Assembly (NCBI GenBank): GCA_949285455.1
Contig: CASDXP010000003.1
Location: forward strand, 67,210-131,209
DNA from: an uncultured bacterium
GTDB lineage: Bacteria > Bacillota_I > Bacilli_A > RFN20 > CAG-826
Reading direction: 5' to 3'
DNA: 64,000 nucleotides
How positions within the stretch are numbered: position 1 is the first letter of the stretch; each line of letters starts with the position of its first letter. This document shows positions 1-13,859 of this stretch, piece by piece. Both the position numbers and the translations under genes were made by a program. The notes below the pieces were generated by a model. It saw only the letters and a list, made by a program, of their open reading frames with translations. It was not told where the DNA came from and did no database searches.

Positions 1-799
1 TTTTTGCTTCTTCAAATAAATCTAAGAAAGACTTATACGATTTTTCCCCAGTCGCAGGATAAAGCCATTCGCTATGCTTTAAATTTAAGTAATCGTAAAT
101 ATCGTCATTATTAAGTCCTAATGGATAAGATAAAGCATTCATGATTGAATTATGCATATGTTTAGAGAAATATCTTTTCTTACCACCTTTCTTAGAATTT
201 AAAAATTTCTCGACGAATCTAAAATCTTTATAGGCTTGATAATATGTGTTTTTGCCTAAATCGATATCGAATACTTCTTTCGCTACCGCATCGAACATCT
301 TAGAGACCATTTTACCTTCTTTACGTTTGATTTTTACTAAATCTTTAGGTTGGGCAAAGAATGCTTTTTCTTCTTTGAGTAGCACATCTAAGTTCGTCTC
401 AAACGCCGTATGGGCTAAAGAATAAAATTTATGATCTTTTTGATTTTCTTTTCCTTCGATGACGAAACCCGTGCGATAAAAAACGTATGGATGAGCGATA
501 TGATCTAGACAGTAATGGAACATAAAACCACGAATAAAAGAAAACAATATTTCTTTTTCTTCATCTTCTTTACCATTCGCATATCTTAGCATCGCATCGT
601 AAGTTTGAGCGATATCAATTTTATGAAGCATGCGTCCAAAACCTTGTCTAGCGGCTTTATTTTTTCTCATCTTCAAAGAATAACCATAAAAGAAAAAAGC
701 ATCTGGTCCTTGCGCTGCTAAAAGATATAAAGAAGGATGTTTTTCTTCCTCTTTTATTAAATCTAAAGCGAATAAATAATGAGTGTACAAAGCTGGCAT
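1..799 (-). CDS. 3'-partial CDS (stop lies beyond window start); putative metal-dependent hydrolase, zinc-dependent phospholipase C-like
   Basis: ATG at 797-799 (minus); frame open to position 1. Translation MPALYTHYLFALDLIKEEEKH... contains GPD and FHYCLDHIAHPYVF (H..D...H..H spacing resembling the Zn-PLC/P1-nuclease metal-ligand cluster). Not in the ORF track because it runs off the edge. Confidence 0.35.
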   Translation of the reverse strand, partial: MPALYTHYLFALDLIKEEEKHPSLYLLAAQGPDAFFFYGYSLKMRKNKAARQGFGRMLHKIDIAQTYDAMLRYANGKEDEEKEILFSFIRGFMFHYCLDHIAHPYVFYRTGFVIEGKENQKDHKFYSLAHTAFETNLDVLLKEEKAFFAQPKDLVKIKRKEGKMVSKMFDAVAKEVFDIDLGKNTYYQAYKDFRFVEKFLNSKKGGKKRYFSKHMHNSIMNALSYPLGLNNDDIYDYLNLKHSEWLYPATGEKSYKSFLDLFEEAK

Positions 800-800
800 A

Positions 801-1040
801 TTATTTTTCACCTCCAAAATAGAAGTAAAGAACGATGACTAAAATTATGATGATAAGAAGTAAACTACCAATGATAGAAATAGCGAGCCATGGAATAGAT
901 TTTTTATTGCTTGCATTTTTATCGTTGAGATAAGAAAAATCAGCTTTAAGTTGTTTAGTTGGACGATATTCTTCTTCGCCTTTATTCGGTGAAGTATCTT
1001 CTAATATGACGATATTTTTTTCTTCTTCATTTTGTCGCAT
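801..1040 (-). CDS. small hypothetical membrane protein (79 aa, C-terminal TM helix)
   Basis: ORF with acidic N-terminus and hydrophobic C-terminal segment IPWLAISIIGSLLLIIIILVIVLYFYF; immediately downstream of the FolT-like gene on the same strand. Confidence 0.3.
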   Translation of the reverse strand: MRQNEEEKNIVILEDTSPNKGEEEYRPTKQLKADFSYLNDKNASNKKSIPWLAISIIGSLLLIIIILVIVLYFYFGGEK

Positions 1041-1042
1041 TT

Positions 1043-1813
1043 TTAAACTTCCTTTATTTTATAATAACTTTTTACGAGGCGAAGCAAAAGTAAGAGGATA
1101 AATAAATAGAGCGGAACGTCGATGAAAAAGACGATAGCCTGTGCCATAAAAATGAGTAAGAAAGGCACTTCAAAATAATAAGTTTTTAATCCGCTTCCTA
1201 AGAACAAAGCAAAGCATATTTCCAACACCGTAATCGCGTTTAAAAAAGAAAATAAAGGCACATGATTATTTTTCTTTTTAAAATAACGATTGATAAAATA
1301 AGCCGCTAGATATAGCAAAGCAAAAAGAAGGAACGCCACAATAGCGAGAGTAATCTTCAACCAATTTTCTAAAATGAAAGTTGTGGAATTAAAATCTAAA
1401 CTATCTGTGTAAGTTAAATAGATGAGCAAACCAACGTAAATTGAACTAGAAAGAACGATGTTAATAATTAGGCTAATGTAAGACTTTTTAATAAGTAAAA
1501 ATAATCTCACGACAAAGTAAGCAAAAAATCCTAATAAGAAATATTGTAAAGTGAAAAGATAATATGGCGGTAAACCAGTAAAATCGACGATAAAGTAACC
1601 TAATAAATCACTTAAACCACCGACAATTCCCCCATAAATTGGTCCTAAGATGATGCTTGTAAAAATGATTAAGGCAGGACCAATAGATATTCTTACGAAA
1701 GGTAAAGCTGGTAAATTTTGTATAGATAAGACTTTCGTAAAAACGATAATTAAGGCGAGCAAAATACCAGATAAACAAATCTTTTGTACATGGTTTAATT
1801 TGATAATATTCAT
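1043..1813 (-). CDS. ECF transporter S component, probably folate-family (FolT-like)
   Basis: Polytopic membrane protein with an S-component-like motif ISIGPALIIFTSIILGPIYGGIVGGLSDLLGYF; start overlaps the stop of folC (ATGA overlap), so it is co-transcribed with folC. Confidence 0.5.
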   Translation of the reverse strand: MNIIKLNHVQKICLSGILLALIIVFTKVLSIQNLPALPFVRISIGPALIIFTSIILGPIYGGIVGGLSDLLGYFIVDFTGLPPYYLFTLQYFLLGFFAYFVVRLFLLIKKSYISLIINIVLSSSIYVGLLIYLTYTDSLDFNSTTFILENWLKITLAIVAFLLFALLYLAAYFINRYFKKKNNHVPLFSFLNAITVLEICFALFLGSGLKTYYFEVPFLLIFMAQAIVFFIDVPLYLFILLLLLRLVKSYYKIKEV

Positions 1814-3030
1814 AACTTCGTTCTCACTTCGTCGATGAAGGCAATAGAGCCAGAGATGAGGATGATGTCATCAGGATAATTTTCTTTGAAACGATTTAAA
1901 ATAGAACAATAATCTTCGCTAAAAGGGAAATCTTCTAAGTACAAGAAATAATCAAATTCTCCTCTCGCTCTTTTATTTTGAAAAGTTGTTAAGACGATAT
2001 CATGCGAAATTTTTTCAAATTCTTCTAAGAGCAAAGGTAAGTTTTTATCTTCTAAACAAGCGAAGATAATATGAACTGGTTTATCAAATAAAGAAATTGA
2101 TTCATTTAAGCAAGAGACAGCATCAGGTGTATGCGCGCCATCGAGAATGATAAGAGGCAAAGTTTGCACTACTTCCATCCTTCGATCTAAAGCTTTAAAT
2201 GTATAAGTTGATAACTTATCATAATCGACAGGTAAAATATCTTTTAAAATTTGACTAGCTTCTAAGGCAATTAAAAGATTATGATAACCATATTTTGGAC
2301 CTAAATACTTGTATGTATGACTAGCGTATGTTAAAGAATGATGTAAAGCATCTTCATCGCTTTGTCTATAAGAAGAGATAACATGCTCTTCTGCTTTTAA
2401 CTTCTTCGCTCTTATCGCAATCGCAGTCCTTGCCTCTTCATTTACTTCTTCACCTATTAAATAAGGTTTATTATCTTTTAAAATACCAGCTTTATGATAA
2501 GCAATTTCAGAGATGGTTTTACCAAGGTAAGAAGTATGTTCCAAGGTGACGCTAGTGATGATGGCTAATGCACAAGTATCGATAATATTAGTCGCATCAA
2601 TATCTCCACCCATCCCTACTTCTAAAAGTAAAACATCTAATTTAATGCTAGAAAAATAAGCGAACATCACAATAGTAATCATTTCAAATGCAGTCAAATC
2701 ATATTGGATGAAATCTTCGATACGTTCTTGAAATAATTTTAAAAAGATTTGTTCATCGATCATTATCTCGTTCACTCTAATCATTTCATTATATTTATAA
2801 TGAGACGGGGAAACATAACTCCCTACAGTGTAACCCATCAAACGATAAATCATCTCAAGATAATGTAAGGTTGAACCTTTACCGTTCGTTCCAGTAATGT
2901 GAATGATTGGACAAGATATATGAATTGGATGTTTTTTTACATAGCGTAAAAGATTTTCGTTATCGTAAAGTTCACGATGATCATGTTCTTTTAAAATATT
3001 TTCTAAAGCTAGATAAGAATCGATGTGCAT
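1810..3030 (-). CDS. folC: folylpolyglutamate synthase / dihydrofolate synthase
   Basis: Mur-ligase-family P-loop HITGTNGKGST, 406 aa; overall FolC architecture. Confidence 0.85.
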   Translation of the reverse strand: MHIDSYLALENILKEHDHRELYDNENLLRYVKKHPIHISCPIIHITGTNGKGSTLHYLEMIYRLMGYTVGSYVSPSHYKYNEMIRVNEIMIDEQIFLKLFQERIEDFIQYDLTAFEMITIVMFAYFSSIKLDVLLLEVGMGGDIDATNIIDTCALAIITSVTLEHTSYLGKTISEIAYHKAGILKDNKPYLIGEEVNEEARTAIAIRAKKLKAEEHVISSYRQSDEDALHHSLTYASHTYKYLGPKYGYHNLLIALEASQILKDILPVDYDKLSTYTFKALDRRMEVVQTLPLIILDGAHTPDAVSCLNESISLFDKPVHIIFACLEDKNLPLLLEEFEKISHDIVLTTFQNKRARGEFDYFLYLEDFPFSEDYCSILNRFKENYPDDIILISGSIAFIDEVRTKL

Positions 3031-3048
3031 ATTGTCACCTCTAAGATA

Positions 3049-3546
3049 TTATTTAATATCTTTAATATGGCTCTTCATCGCTTTATCTAAATTTCGTTGG
3101 TTATCTCTTTCTTTTAAAGCTTCGCGTTTATCATAAAGTTTTTTACCCTTGCCAAGGGCGAGCAATAATTTAGCTTTACCTTTGATCAAATAAAGTTCAA
3201 GAGGCACTAAAGTTAATCTTTTTTCTTTCACTTTTTGAGCATAACGATGAATTTCTCTTTTATGCATCAAAAGTTTTCTCGTCCTTCTTGGCTCATGATT
3301 GAAGATATTACCTTTTTCGTATGGAGCGATATACATGTTTAAAATATAAGCTTCATTTTGACGGAAGACGACGTAACTATCATCTAAAGAAACGTGATTT
3401 AATCTAATGGATTTTATTTCTGTTCCAGTTAGCACTAAGCCCACTTCTAAAAAATCGTCGAGGAAGTAATCATGACGAGCTTTACGATTGTTGACGATAA
3501 TTTTTTTGTGCGATGTATTGTTTGCCATAGCGTATAGATTATACAC
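3049..3546 (-). CDS. smpB: SsrA-binding protein
   Basis: KIIVNNRKARHDYFLDDFLEVGLVLTGTEIKSIR... canonical SmpB N-terminus; 165 aa with basic C-tail. Confidence 0.9.
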   Translation of the reverse strand: MYNLYAMANNTSHKKIIVNNRKARHDYFLDDFLEVGLVLTGTEIKSIRLNHVSLDDSYVVFRQNEAYILNMYIAPYEKGNIFNHEPRRTRKLLMHKREIHRYAQKVKEKRLTLVPLELYLIKGKAKLLLALGKGKKLYDKREALKERDNQRNLDKAMKSHIKDIK

Positions 3547-3580
3547 TAATAAACATAAATAAAATTAAAATTTTAAAGAT

Positions 3581-4690
3581 TTAATACTTTTCTTTTTCTT
3601 CTTGTCTCAATCTTATGCCCTTTTTTAAAGCATCCATACGCTCCAAAGAATTCAAAAGATGGGATAAAGAATTAAGACGAGCTATGTTATAACGTTTCAA
3701 AATGAAATAGCCTTTGAAAATGCGTAAAGAAATGAATGTTCTAAATCTTGAATAACCTCTTAAGACTGTAAGATATCTTGCGAAGAAATGATGCGCAAAT
3801 TTTTCATATTCTTCTTTTATTAAATCATCATCTAAAATCTTTTTTGATCTCGCGTAAAATTTATCTAAACTAGTGCGACTATTTGAAACGTAAACTTTAT
3901 GGTCTTTTAAAATGATTGGATAATAAACAGTTTCTTTCGTCTTCACATCGTAAGAAATTAAGAAAGCATCTTTTTTATTTAAATGCGTTTTTAAAGCCTT
4001 CGTGTCGAGCATTAAATCACCGTGCCCATAGATAATTTTCGCACCGTTATAAGTTTCAAAACCACCCGCAAAAGCTGGAGATTCAATGAGCACAAAAGTC
4101 GCACCAGCGTCTACAAGACTATGAGCTTTTTTCTTCATGGATGGGGTAGGATATTTAATATCTGATAAACCAGTTTTTAAAACGACGATAACGTCTTTAT
4201 ATTCCATTTTAGCTTTCTTAACTTCTTCGTAACTATAATCGCTAGAGAAGACATTCGCGCCATAATCTTCATCATCATCATACGTCGCACTATCGTCGAC
4301 GTAATTTAAGATAGCAATATTTTCAAAGATGAACGGTTCCATCAAAGATTCTTCCTTTAGCCCAGCTCCAAGATGATATAAATCATTTTGATCAAGTTGT
4401 TCTAAAGTATTAATTAAACCTTTCTCACCACAATCTAAAAGACGTTCGTTCGCGAGAGTGACAAGAATGGTCTTTGGAATCTTGCCTAAAAACTTTGCGA
4501 CATCATTTGACATCGCACGCTGAGTCTTATAGACATCTTTATTTTCCACCAAAGGTGAATGTAATCCTATAACCGCGAGTTCGTGTTCTTTAAATAAATC
4601 GATGATCGATTCATCAAAAACATTATAGACGTTGCCTTTTAAAACATCATCTTCATCCGAATAAAAATAACCACAAAATAATATTTTCAT
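3581..4690 (-). CDS. CapA-like calcineurin-fold (metallophosphatase) family protein, probably catalytically degenerate
   Basis: Co-linear with CapA/PGA-synthesis family landmarks (LANERLLDCGEKGL ~ NNHxxDxGxxGL; GAGL; VLKTGLS ~ HWGxE; AGATFVLIESPAFAGGF ~ AGADxIIGHHPH; IIYGHGDLM ~ SLGNF), but the metal-ligand His and Asn positions are substituted. Confidence 0.35.
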   Translation of the reverse strand: MKILFCGYFYSDEDDVLKGNVYNVFDESIIDLFKEHELAVIGLHSPLVENKDVYKTQRAMSNDVAKFLGKIPKTILVTLANERLLDCGEKGLINTLEQLDQNDLYHLGAGLKEESLMEPFIFENIAILNYVDDSATYDDDEDYGANVFSSDYSYEEVKKAKMEYKDVIVVLKTGLSDIKYPTPSMKKKAHSLVDAGATFVLIESPAFAGGFETYNGAKIIYGHGDLMLDTKALKTHLNKKDAFLISYDVKTKETVYYPIILKDHKVYVSNSRTSLDKFYARSKKILDDDLIKEEYEKFAHHFFARYLTVLRGYSRFRTFISLRIFKGYFILKRYNIARLNSLSHLLNSLERMDALKKGIRLRQEEKEKY

Positions 4691-4696
4691 AAGATT

Positions 4697-5440
4697 TTAC
4701 TTCAAAGAGATATAAACCTCTGGCCCCTCTCCTCTTTCAAAACTAAATTTATCAGGTGGAAAAATATCCATCGGCTTTTTAACTCCGTAGGTAGAAAAAT
4801 TAATTGAAGGAAAAACTTGATAAAGTTTTGAAACGAGTAAAGCGAATGGATATTTTGAATTTTCGCTAGAATTTAAAATATTGCTCGCTAAATCTAAAAC
4901 CATGTCTAACGTCGGCTCGCTTTCATAAACTGGTTGTTCATTAGAGTCTTCAATCTCTTCCTTTACTTCTTCAACTTTCTTTTTGCTTGTAGACTTTCTA
5001 TGCACTGGTTTTGCTTTAAGAGTAAAGAAACGATCGCAAGCATTAACGAAAGCTTGTGGGGTTTTACTTTCGCCTGCTCCAATGACGTACATATTCGATT
5101 CTTTCAATCTTTTAACTAAGCCAGTGAAATCGCTATCGCTCGACATAATGCAAAAGGCATCGACATTTCCGCTATATAAAATATCCATTGCGTCGATGAT
5201 GAGTCTTGAATCGGTGACGTTCTTTTGTTTCGTATAAGAAAATTCTTGAACAGGTGTGATAGAATGGACGTTAATTAATTTAATCCAACCTGTTTCATAG
5301 CGACTTGTAAAATCTCCATACATTCTTTTATAAGTCACTTTACCAAAGGTAATTAACTTTTCATAAAGTTCAGTAAAATAACTAGAAGAAACATTTTCTG
5401 TATCAATTAATAGAGCGATTCGTAAGTTATTATTTTCCAT
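4697..5440 (-). CDS. NYN-domain (PIN-like, LabA-type) protein with C-terminal OST-HTH-like region
   Basis: LRIALLIDTENVSSSYF...YGDFTS...IDAMDILYSGNVDAFCIMSSDSDFTGLVKRLKESNMYVIGAG matches the NYN/LabA core (acidic catalytic residues, GxG). Confidence 0.6.
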   Translation of the reverse strand: MENNNLRIALLIDTENVSSSYFTELYEKLITFGKVTYKRMYGDFTSRYETGWIKLINVHSITPVQEFSYTKQKNVTDSRLIIDAMDILYSGNVDAFCIMSSDSDFTGLVKRLKESNMYVIGAGESKTPQAFVNACDRFFTLKAKPVHRKSTSKKKVEEVKEEIEDSNEQPVYESEPTLDMVLDLASNILNSSENSKYPFALLVSKLYQVFPSINFSTYGVKKPMDIFPPDKFSFERGEGPEVYISLK

Positions 5441-6466
5441 TTAGTTTTTACTCCTTTCTTCATTTTTAATTAAGAAATGATAAGCATCTTTCAAAGCATC
5501 TTCGACGCTAAATTTGGGTGTGAAGCCTAATTCTTTTCTTGCTAAATCAATGGATGCAAATGATGCAGTCGCATCCCCTGCTCTACGTGGTCCAATGACG
5601 TAAGGCAAATCAATGTTATTAACTTTCTTAAATGAATTCACTAATTCTAATACTGAGGTACCTTTGCCTGTACCAAGATTATAAATTTTAAGTGGCTCAT
5701 CCATCGTTAAAATTTTTTTGATAGCAAGAACGTGACCATGAGCTAAATCACAAACGTGAATATAATCACGAATACAACTTCCATCAGGAGTATCATAATC
5801 ATCGCCAAAGATAGTAAGATGATCAATTTTTTTCGCCGCTACTCGCAATATGTAAGGCACTAGATTATTAGGAATATCTTTAGGGTCTTCACCAATAAGA
5901 CCAGAGGCATGCGCGCCGATAGGATTAAAATATCTTAATAAAATAGCGTGCATCCCATCATTTGCCTTAACGAAATCTTTGATGAGCATTTCATTAATTA
6001 ACTTAGTCTCACCATACGGATTTTTAATCTCACCAATGGGCGTATCTTCAGTACACGGTAACACTTTTGGATCACCATACACAGTAGCAGAGGAAGAAAA
6101 AATAATATTATGCACTCCATGTTTTTTCATCGCTTTTAAAACAGCAATTGTACCATCGATATTCACCTCGTAATATAGAAGTGGTTTTTCGACTGATTCA
6201 GCGACGGCTTTCAAGGCCGCGAAATGAATGACACCGCTGATGGTGTTTTCGCTAAATATCTTATCTAAAAGGGCATTATCTCTAACGTCGCCTTGATAAA
6301 ATTTAGGCATTTTGCCGGTAATTTGCTGGATATATGATAAAACTTCAATATGTGAATTAGATAGATTATCAACGATGCAAACATCGTAACCTTCATTTAA
6401 TAAATCGACGACAGTGTGGCTGCCAATAAAACCTAAACCACCAGTAGTAAGTATCATTTTTTTCAT
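5441..6466 (-). CDS. galE: UDP-glucose 4-epimerase
   Basis: Rossmann motif TGGLGFIGSHTV, SDR extended-family YxxxK region, 341 aa. Confidence 0.85.
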   Translation of the reverse strand: MKKMILTTGGLGFIGSHTVVDLLNEGYDVCIVDNLSNSHIEVLSYIQQITGKMPKFYQGDVRDNALLDKIFSENTISGVIHFAALKAVAESVEKPLLYYEVNIDGTIAVLKAMKKHGVHNIIFSSSATVYGDPKVLPCTEDTPIGEIKNPYGETKLINEMLIKDFVKANDGMHAILLRYFNPIGAHASGLIGEDPKDIPNNLVPYILRVAAKKIDHLTIFGDDYDTPDGSCIRDYIHVCDLAHGHVLAIKKILTMDEPLKIYNLGTGKGTSVLELVNSFKKVNNIDLPYVIGPRRAGDATASFASIDLARKELGFTPKFSVEDALKDAYHFLIKNEERSKN

Positions 6467-6472
6467 ATTTTT

Positions 6473-7900
6473 TTACCTCTTTTTTAATTCTTCATTTAAT
6501 AATTTAGACGCCAAAGCAGGATTAGCCTTACCTTTTGTTTCTTTCATAATTTGGCCAACTAGAAAAGACGCGGCTCTACCTTTACCATTTTTAAAATCTT
6601 GAATAGCAATAGGATTTTCATCAAGCAAACGATTGATGAGAGATAGCAAGGTCGATTCATCACTAATTTGCGAAATATCATTTTTCTTTACGATATCAAT
6701 TGGACTTTCATCACTTTTGACAATTTGCTTAAAAATATCTCTTGCTTGAGCATTAGATATTTGTTTTTCCCCCACTAAGTTGATAAGTTCACCTAGATGT
6801 TTAGCTGATAAATTGAAAGTTGAATTTAATCCACTTACATAAGTTAAAACATCGCCGTTGATGAAATGAATTAATAAATCGTAATATGAACAAGTTTTGA
6901 CAGCTTCATCGAAAAGTAAAGCCAATGAACGATTTTTTAACAAAGTTAAAGCATCGTAATCACTCACTTTAAATTCCTTCGTATAACGTTCAAATTTGAC
7001 GTCCGCGAGTTCAAATGAACTTTCGATTGTTGTCTTGATAAACTCTTCGCTTAATGAAATAGGTAAAATATTTGGTTCGCTAAAATATTTATAATCCACC
7101 GCATCAGTCTTTACTCGCATGAGAACAGTTTCCATCTTACTTTCATCAAATCTTCTCGTCTCTTGTCTTACTTTTTCTCCACTTGTAATCAATGCCTTTT
7201 GCCTTTCAATTTCATAGGCGATAGCTTTTTCGACATTTGCGGTCGAGTTAAGATTTTTAATTTCGACTTTCGTGCCAAATTCTTTACTACCTTGTGGAGC
7301 GATAGAAATATTGACATCGCACCTTAAAGAACCCTCTTCCATCTTGCCATCGCTCACATCGAGATAGACACAAATTTCTCTAATCTTTTCGACGTATAGT
7401 CTCGCTACTTTGGCATCGTGAATGCAAGGTAAGGTAACAATTTCACAAAGTGGAACGCCTGCACGGTTATAATCTAATAAAGTAAAATCTGTGAAATGTA
7501 GTTGTTTACACGTATCTTCTTCCATATGTAGTCTTTCAATATCCACGCGCACTTCTTTACCATCTAATTTGACAAGTAAGTAACCATTTTTACCAATAGG
7601 CCTTTCATTTTGAGTAATTTGATAGCCCTTTGGTAAATCACTATAAAAGTAATTCTTACGATCAAAATACAAAGTATGATCAATTTCCATATGAAGAGCG
7701 TGCGAAAGCTTTATCGCATTTTCCACTGCTCTTTTATTGACAGTTGGCATAGTGCCAGGCATTCCTAAATCGATAGGCAAAACAGAAGTATTAGGCTTTT
7801 TACCATAGACATTAGGAGCGCTAGAAAACATCTTTGAATTAGATTTAGTTTCAACATGAATTTCTAGCCCAATCGTAGCTTCATATATGACGTTATTCAT
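6473..7900 (-). CDS. gatB: Asp-tRNA(Asn)/Glu-tRNA(Gln) amidotransferase subunit B
   Basis: YEATIGLEIHVE N-terminal signature, 475 aa, follows gatA. Confidence 0.9.
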   Translation of the reverse strand: MNNVIYEATIGLEIHVETKSNSKMFSSAPNVYGKKPNTSVLPIDLGMPGTMPTVNKRAVENAIKLSHALHMEIDHTLYFDRKNYFYSDLPKGYQITQNERPIGKNGYLLVKLDGKEVRVDIERLHMEEDTCKQLHFTDFTLLDYNRAGVPLCEIVTLPCIHDAKVARLYVEKIREICVYLDVSDGKMEEGSLRCDVNISIAPQGSKEFGTKVEIKNLNSTANVEKAIAYEIERQKALITSGEKVRQETRRFDESKMETVLMRVKTDAVDYKYFSEPNILPISLSEEFIKTTIESSFELADVKFERYTKEFKVSDYDALTLLKNRSLALLFDEAVKTCSYYDLLIHFINGDVLTYVSGLNSTFNLSAKHLGELINLVGEKQISNAQARDIFKQIVKSDESPIDIVKKNDISQISDESTLLSLINRLLDENPIAIQDFKNGKGRAASFLVGQIMKETKGKANPALASKLLNEELKKR

Positions 7901-9358
7901 ATTTATTCACCTCCGGATAAGAAAGACCTTTCATTCCGGTCGTATTTTCGATGACCTTAGCAATGCGTAAAAGTTTCAAATCATCGAAGGTTTTAGCAGT
8001 AATGTTAACACCAAAAGGCATCTTTTTTTTCAAGCCGAGCGGGAGAGTAATCGAAGGCCCACCTGAGAAATTAGCGATAGCAAGATAATTATCGTTGATG
8101 ACGTAAGCATCAGATAATTTATCGGTTGCCTCGAAAAATTTAGGAGCAATAGAAGGCGCCGCTAAAGAGATGAAACCATCCGCATCCGCTAATAATTCAT
8201 CTAAACGTTCCACGATTTTTCTACGCACTTTTTTAGCTCTTAAAAATAAGGTCTTTTGATTCTCTTTATATAAGACGTAACTTCCGATGACGAAACGACG
8301 TTTAATTAAATTGGAAAATCCTTGAGTTCTAGCATTCATCATCACTTCTTGATAAGTCTTGCCTTCTGGTCTAGGCCCGAATTTAACACCATCAAGATTT
8401 GCATTATTGCTCGTTGCTTCGGCAAAAGAGATGACGTTATAAGATGGATAGATGGCTGCTAATAAATTGTGACCAAATGAAACTTCTTTTATAGTGACAC
8501 CATTTTCTTTCAATTTATTTAGTAAATTATGATAAGCCTTCAATGTTACTTCATCTTTTAAATTGACGTCTAAATCTTTAAAGACTAAAAGCGTAATATT
8601 TTTTTCTTCGCTTTTGCTTTCATCATCCTTTAAAGTAACATCTAACGAAGTAGCGTCATTTAAATCGTGTTTCATCAATAGATCAAGCAATAATTTTGCG
8701 TCATCGACTGTACGAGTAAAGTAGGCGACAGTATCCAAAGATGGAGCGTAACTAAATAAACCAAAACGAGAAATTAATCCCCACGTGGGCTTAAAGCCCA
8801 CTAAGCCAGCATAAGAAGCGGGTTTTCTTACTGAGTCACCAGTATCTGAACCGATAGCGAAAGGAACAATTGAAGCGCTGACCGAAGCAGCAGAGCCACT
8901 AGAAGAACCACCGACCATACGTTCATGTTTTGGATCATAAGGATTAAAAGTTGTGCCGATATGAGAAGTCGTACCAGTCCCACCCATCGCTAATTCATCC
9001 ATGCTTGCTTTAGCGACCATAACTGCTTTCGCGTCTTTTAAAAGTTTGTAGACGGTCGCATCGTAAAGTGGAACAAAATCATTGAGGATATTTGAACTTG
9101 CTGTCGTCTTGATGCCTTTCGTCGAATAATTATCTTTTAAAACGTAAGGAATCGCAAAAAACACATTGTCGACTGGAACTTCTTCTTCATCTAATTTTAA
9201 AGCAAGATTTAATGCTTCTTCTTCATTCACGAATTCGAATGCATTATTCGTATCTTCTTTAATTCGTTTTAGTGCTTCTTTACAAAGTAAAGATGGTTTA
9301 GTTTTACCTTCTAATAAGGCTTGATGAATACTTAAAATATCTAAATCTAAATAAGACA

Positions 9359-9359
<1 letters not shown>
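7893..9359 (-). CDS. gatA: Asp-tRNA(Asn)/Glu-tRNA(Gln) amidotransferase subunit A
   Basis: Amidase signature GGSSSGSAASVSA; 488 aa. Confidence 0.9.
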
Positions 9360-13856
<4,497 letters not shown>

Positions 13857-13859
13857 AAA

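Noticed and set aside
1650-1838. Numerous 60-120-aa ORFs antisense to or nested within larger genes, e.g. 1650-1838, 4934-5237, 5979-6173, 11415-11660, 12184-12678, 20521-20745, 22916-23284, 35678-35863, 37690-37929, 39150-39690, 41215-43114, 56183-57208, 59322-59716, 61277-61946, 62393-62750, 63045-63409.
   Set aside because: They lie fully inside well-supported longer CDSs on the opposite strand or in another frame. They have low-complexity or AT-codon-driven composition and no Shine-Dalgarno context. They are typical spurious ORFs of AT-rich DNA.
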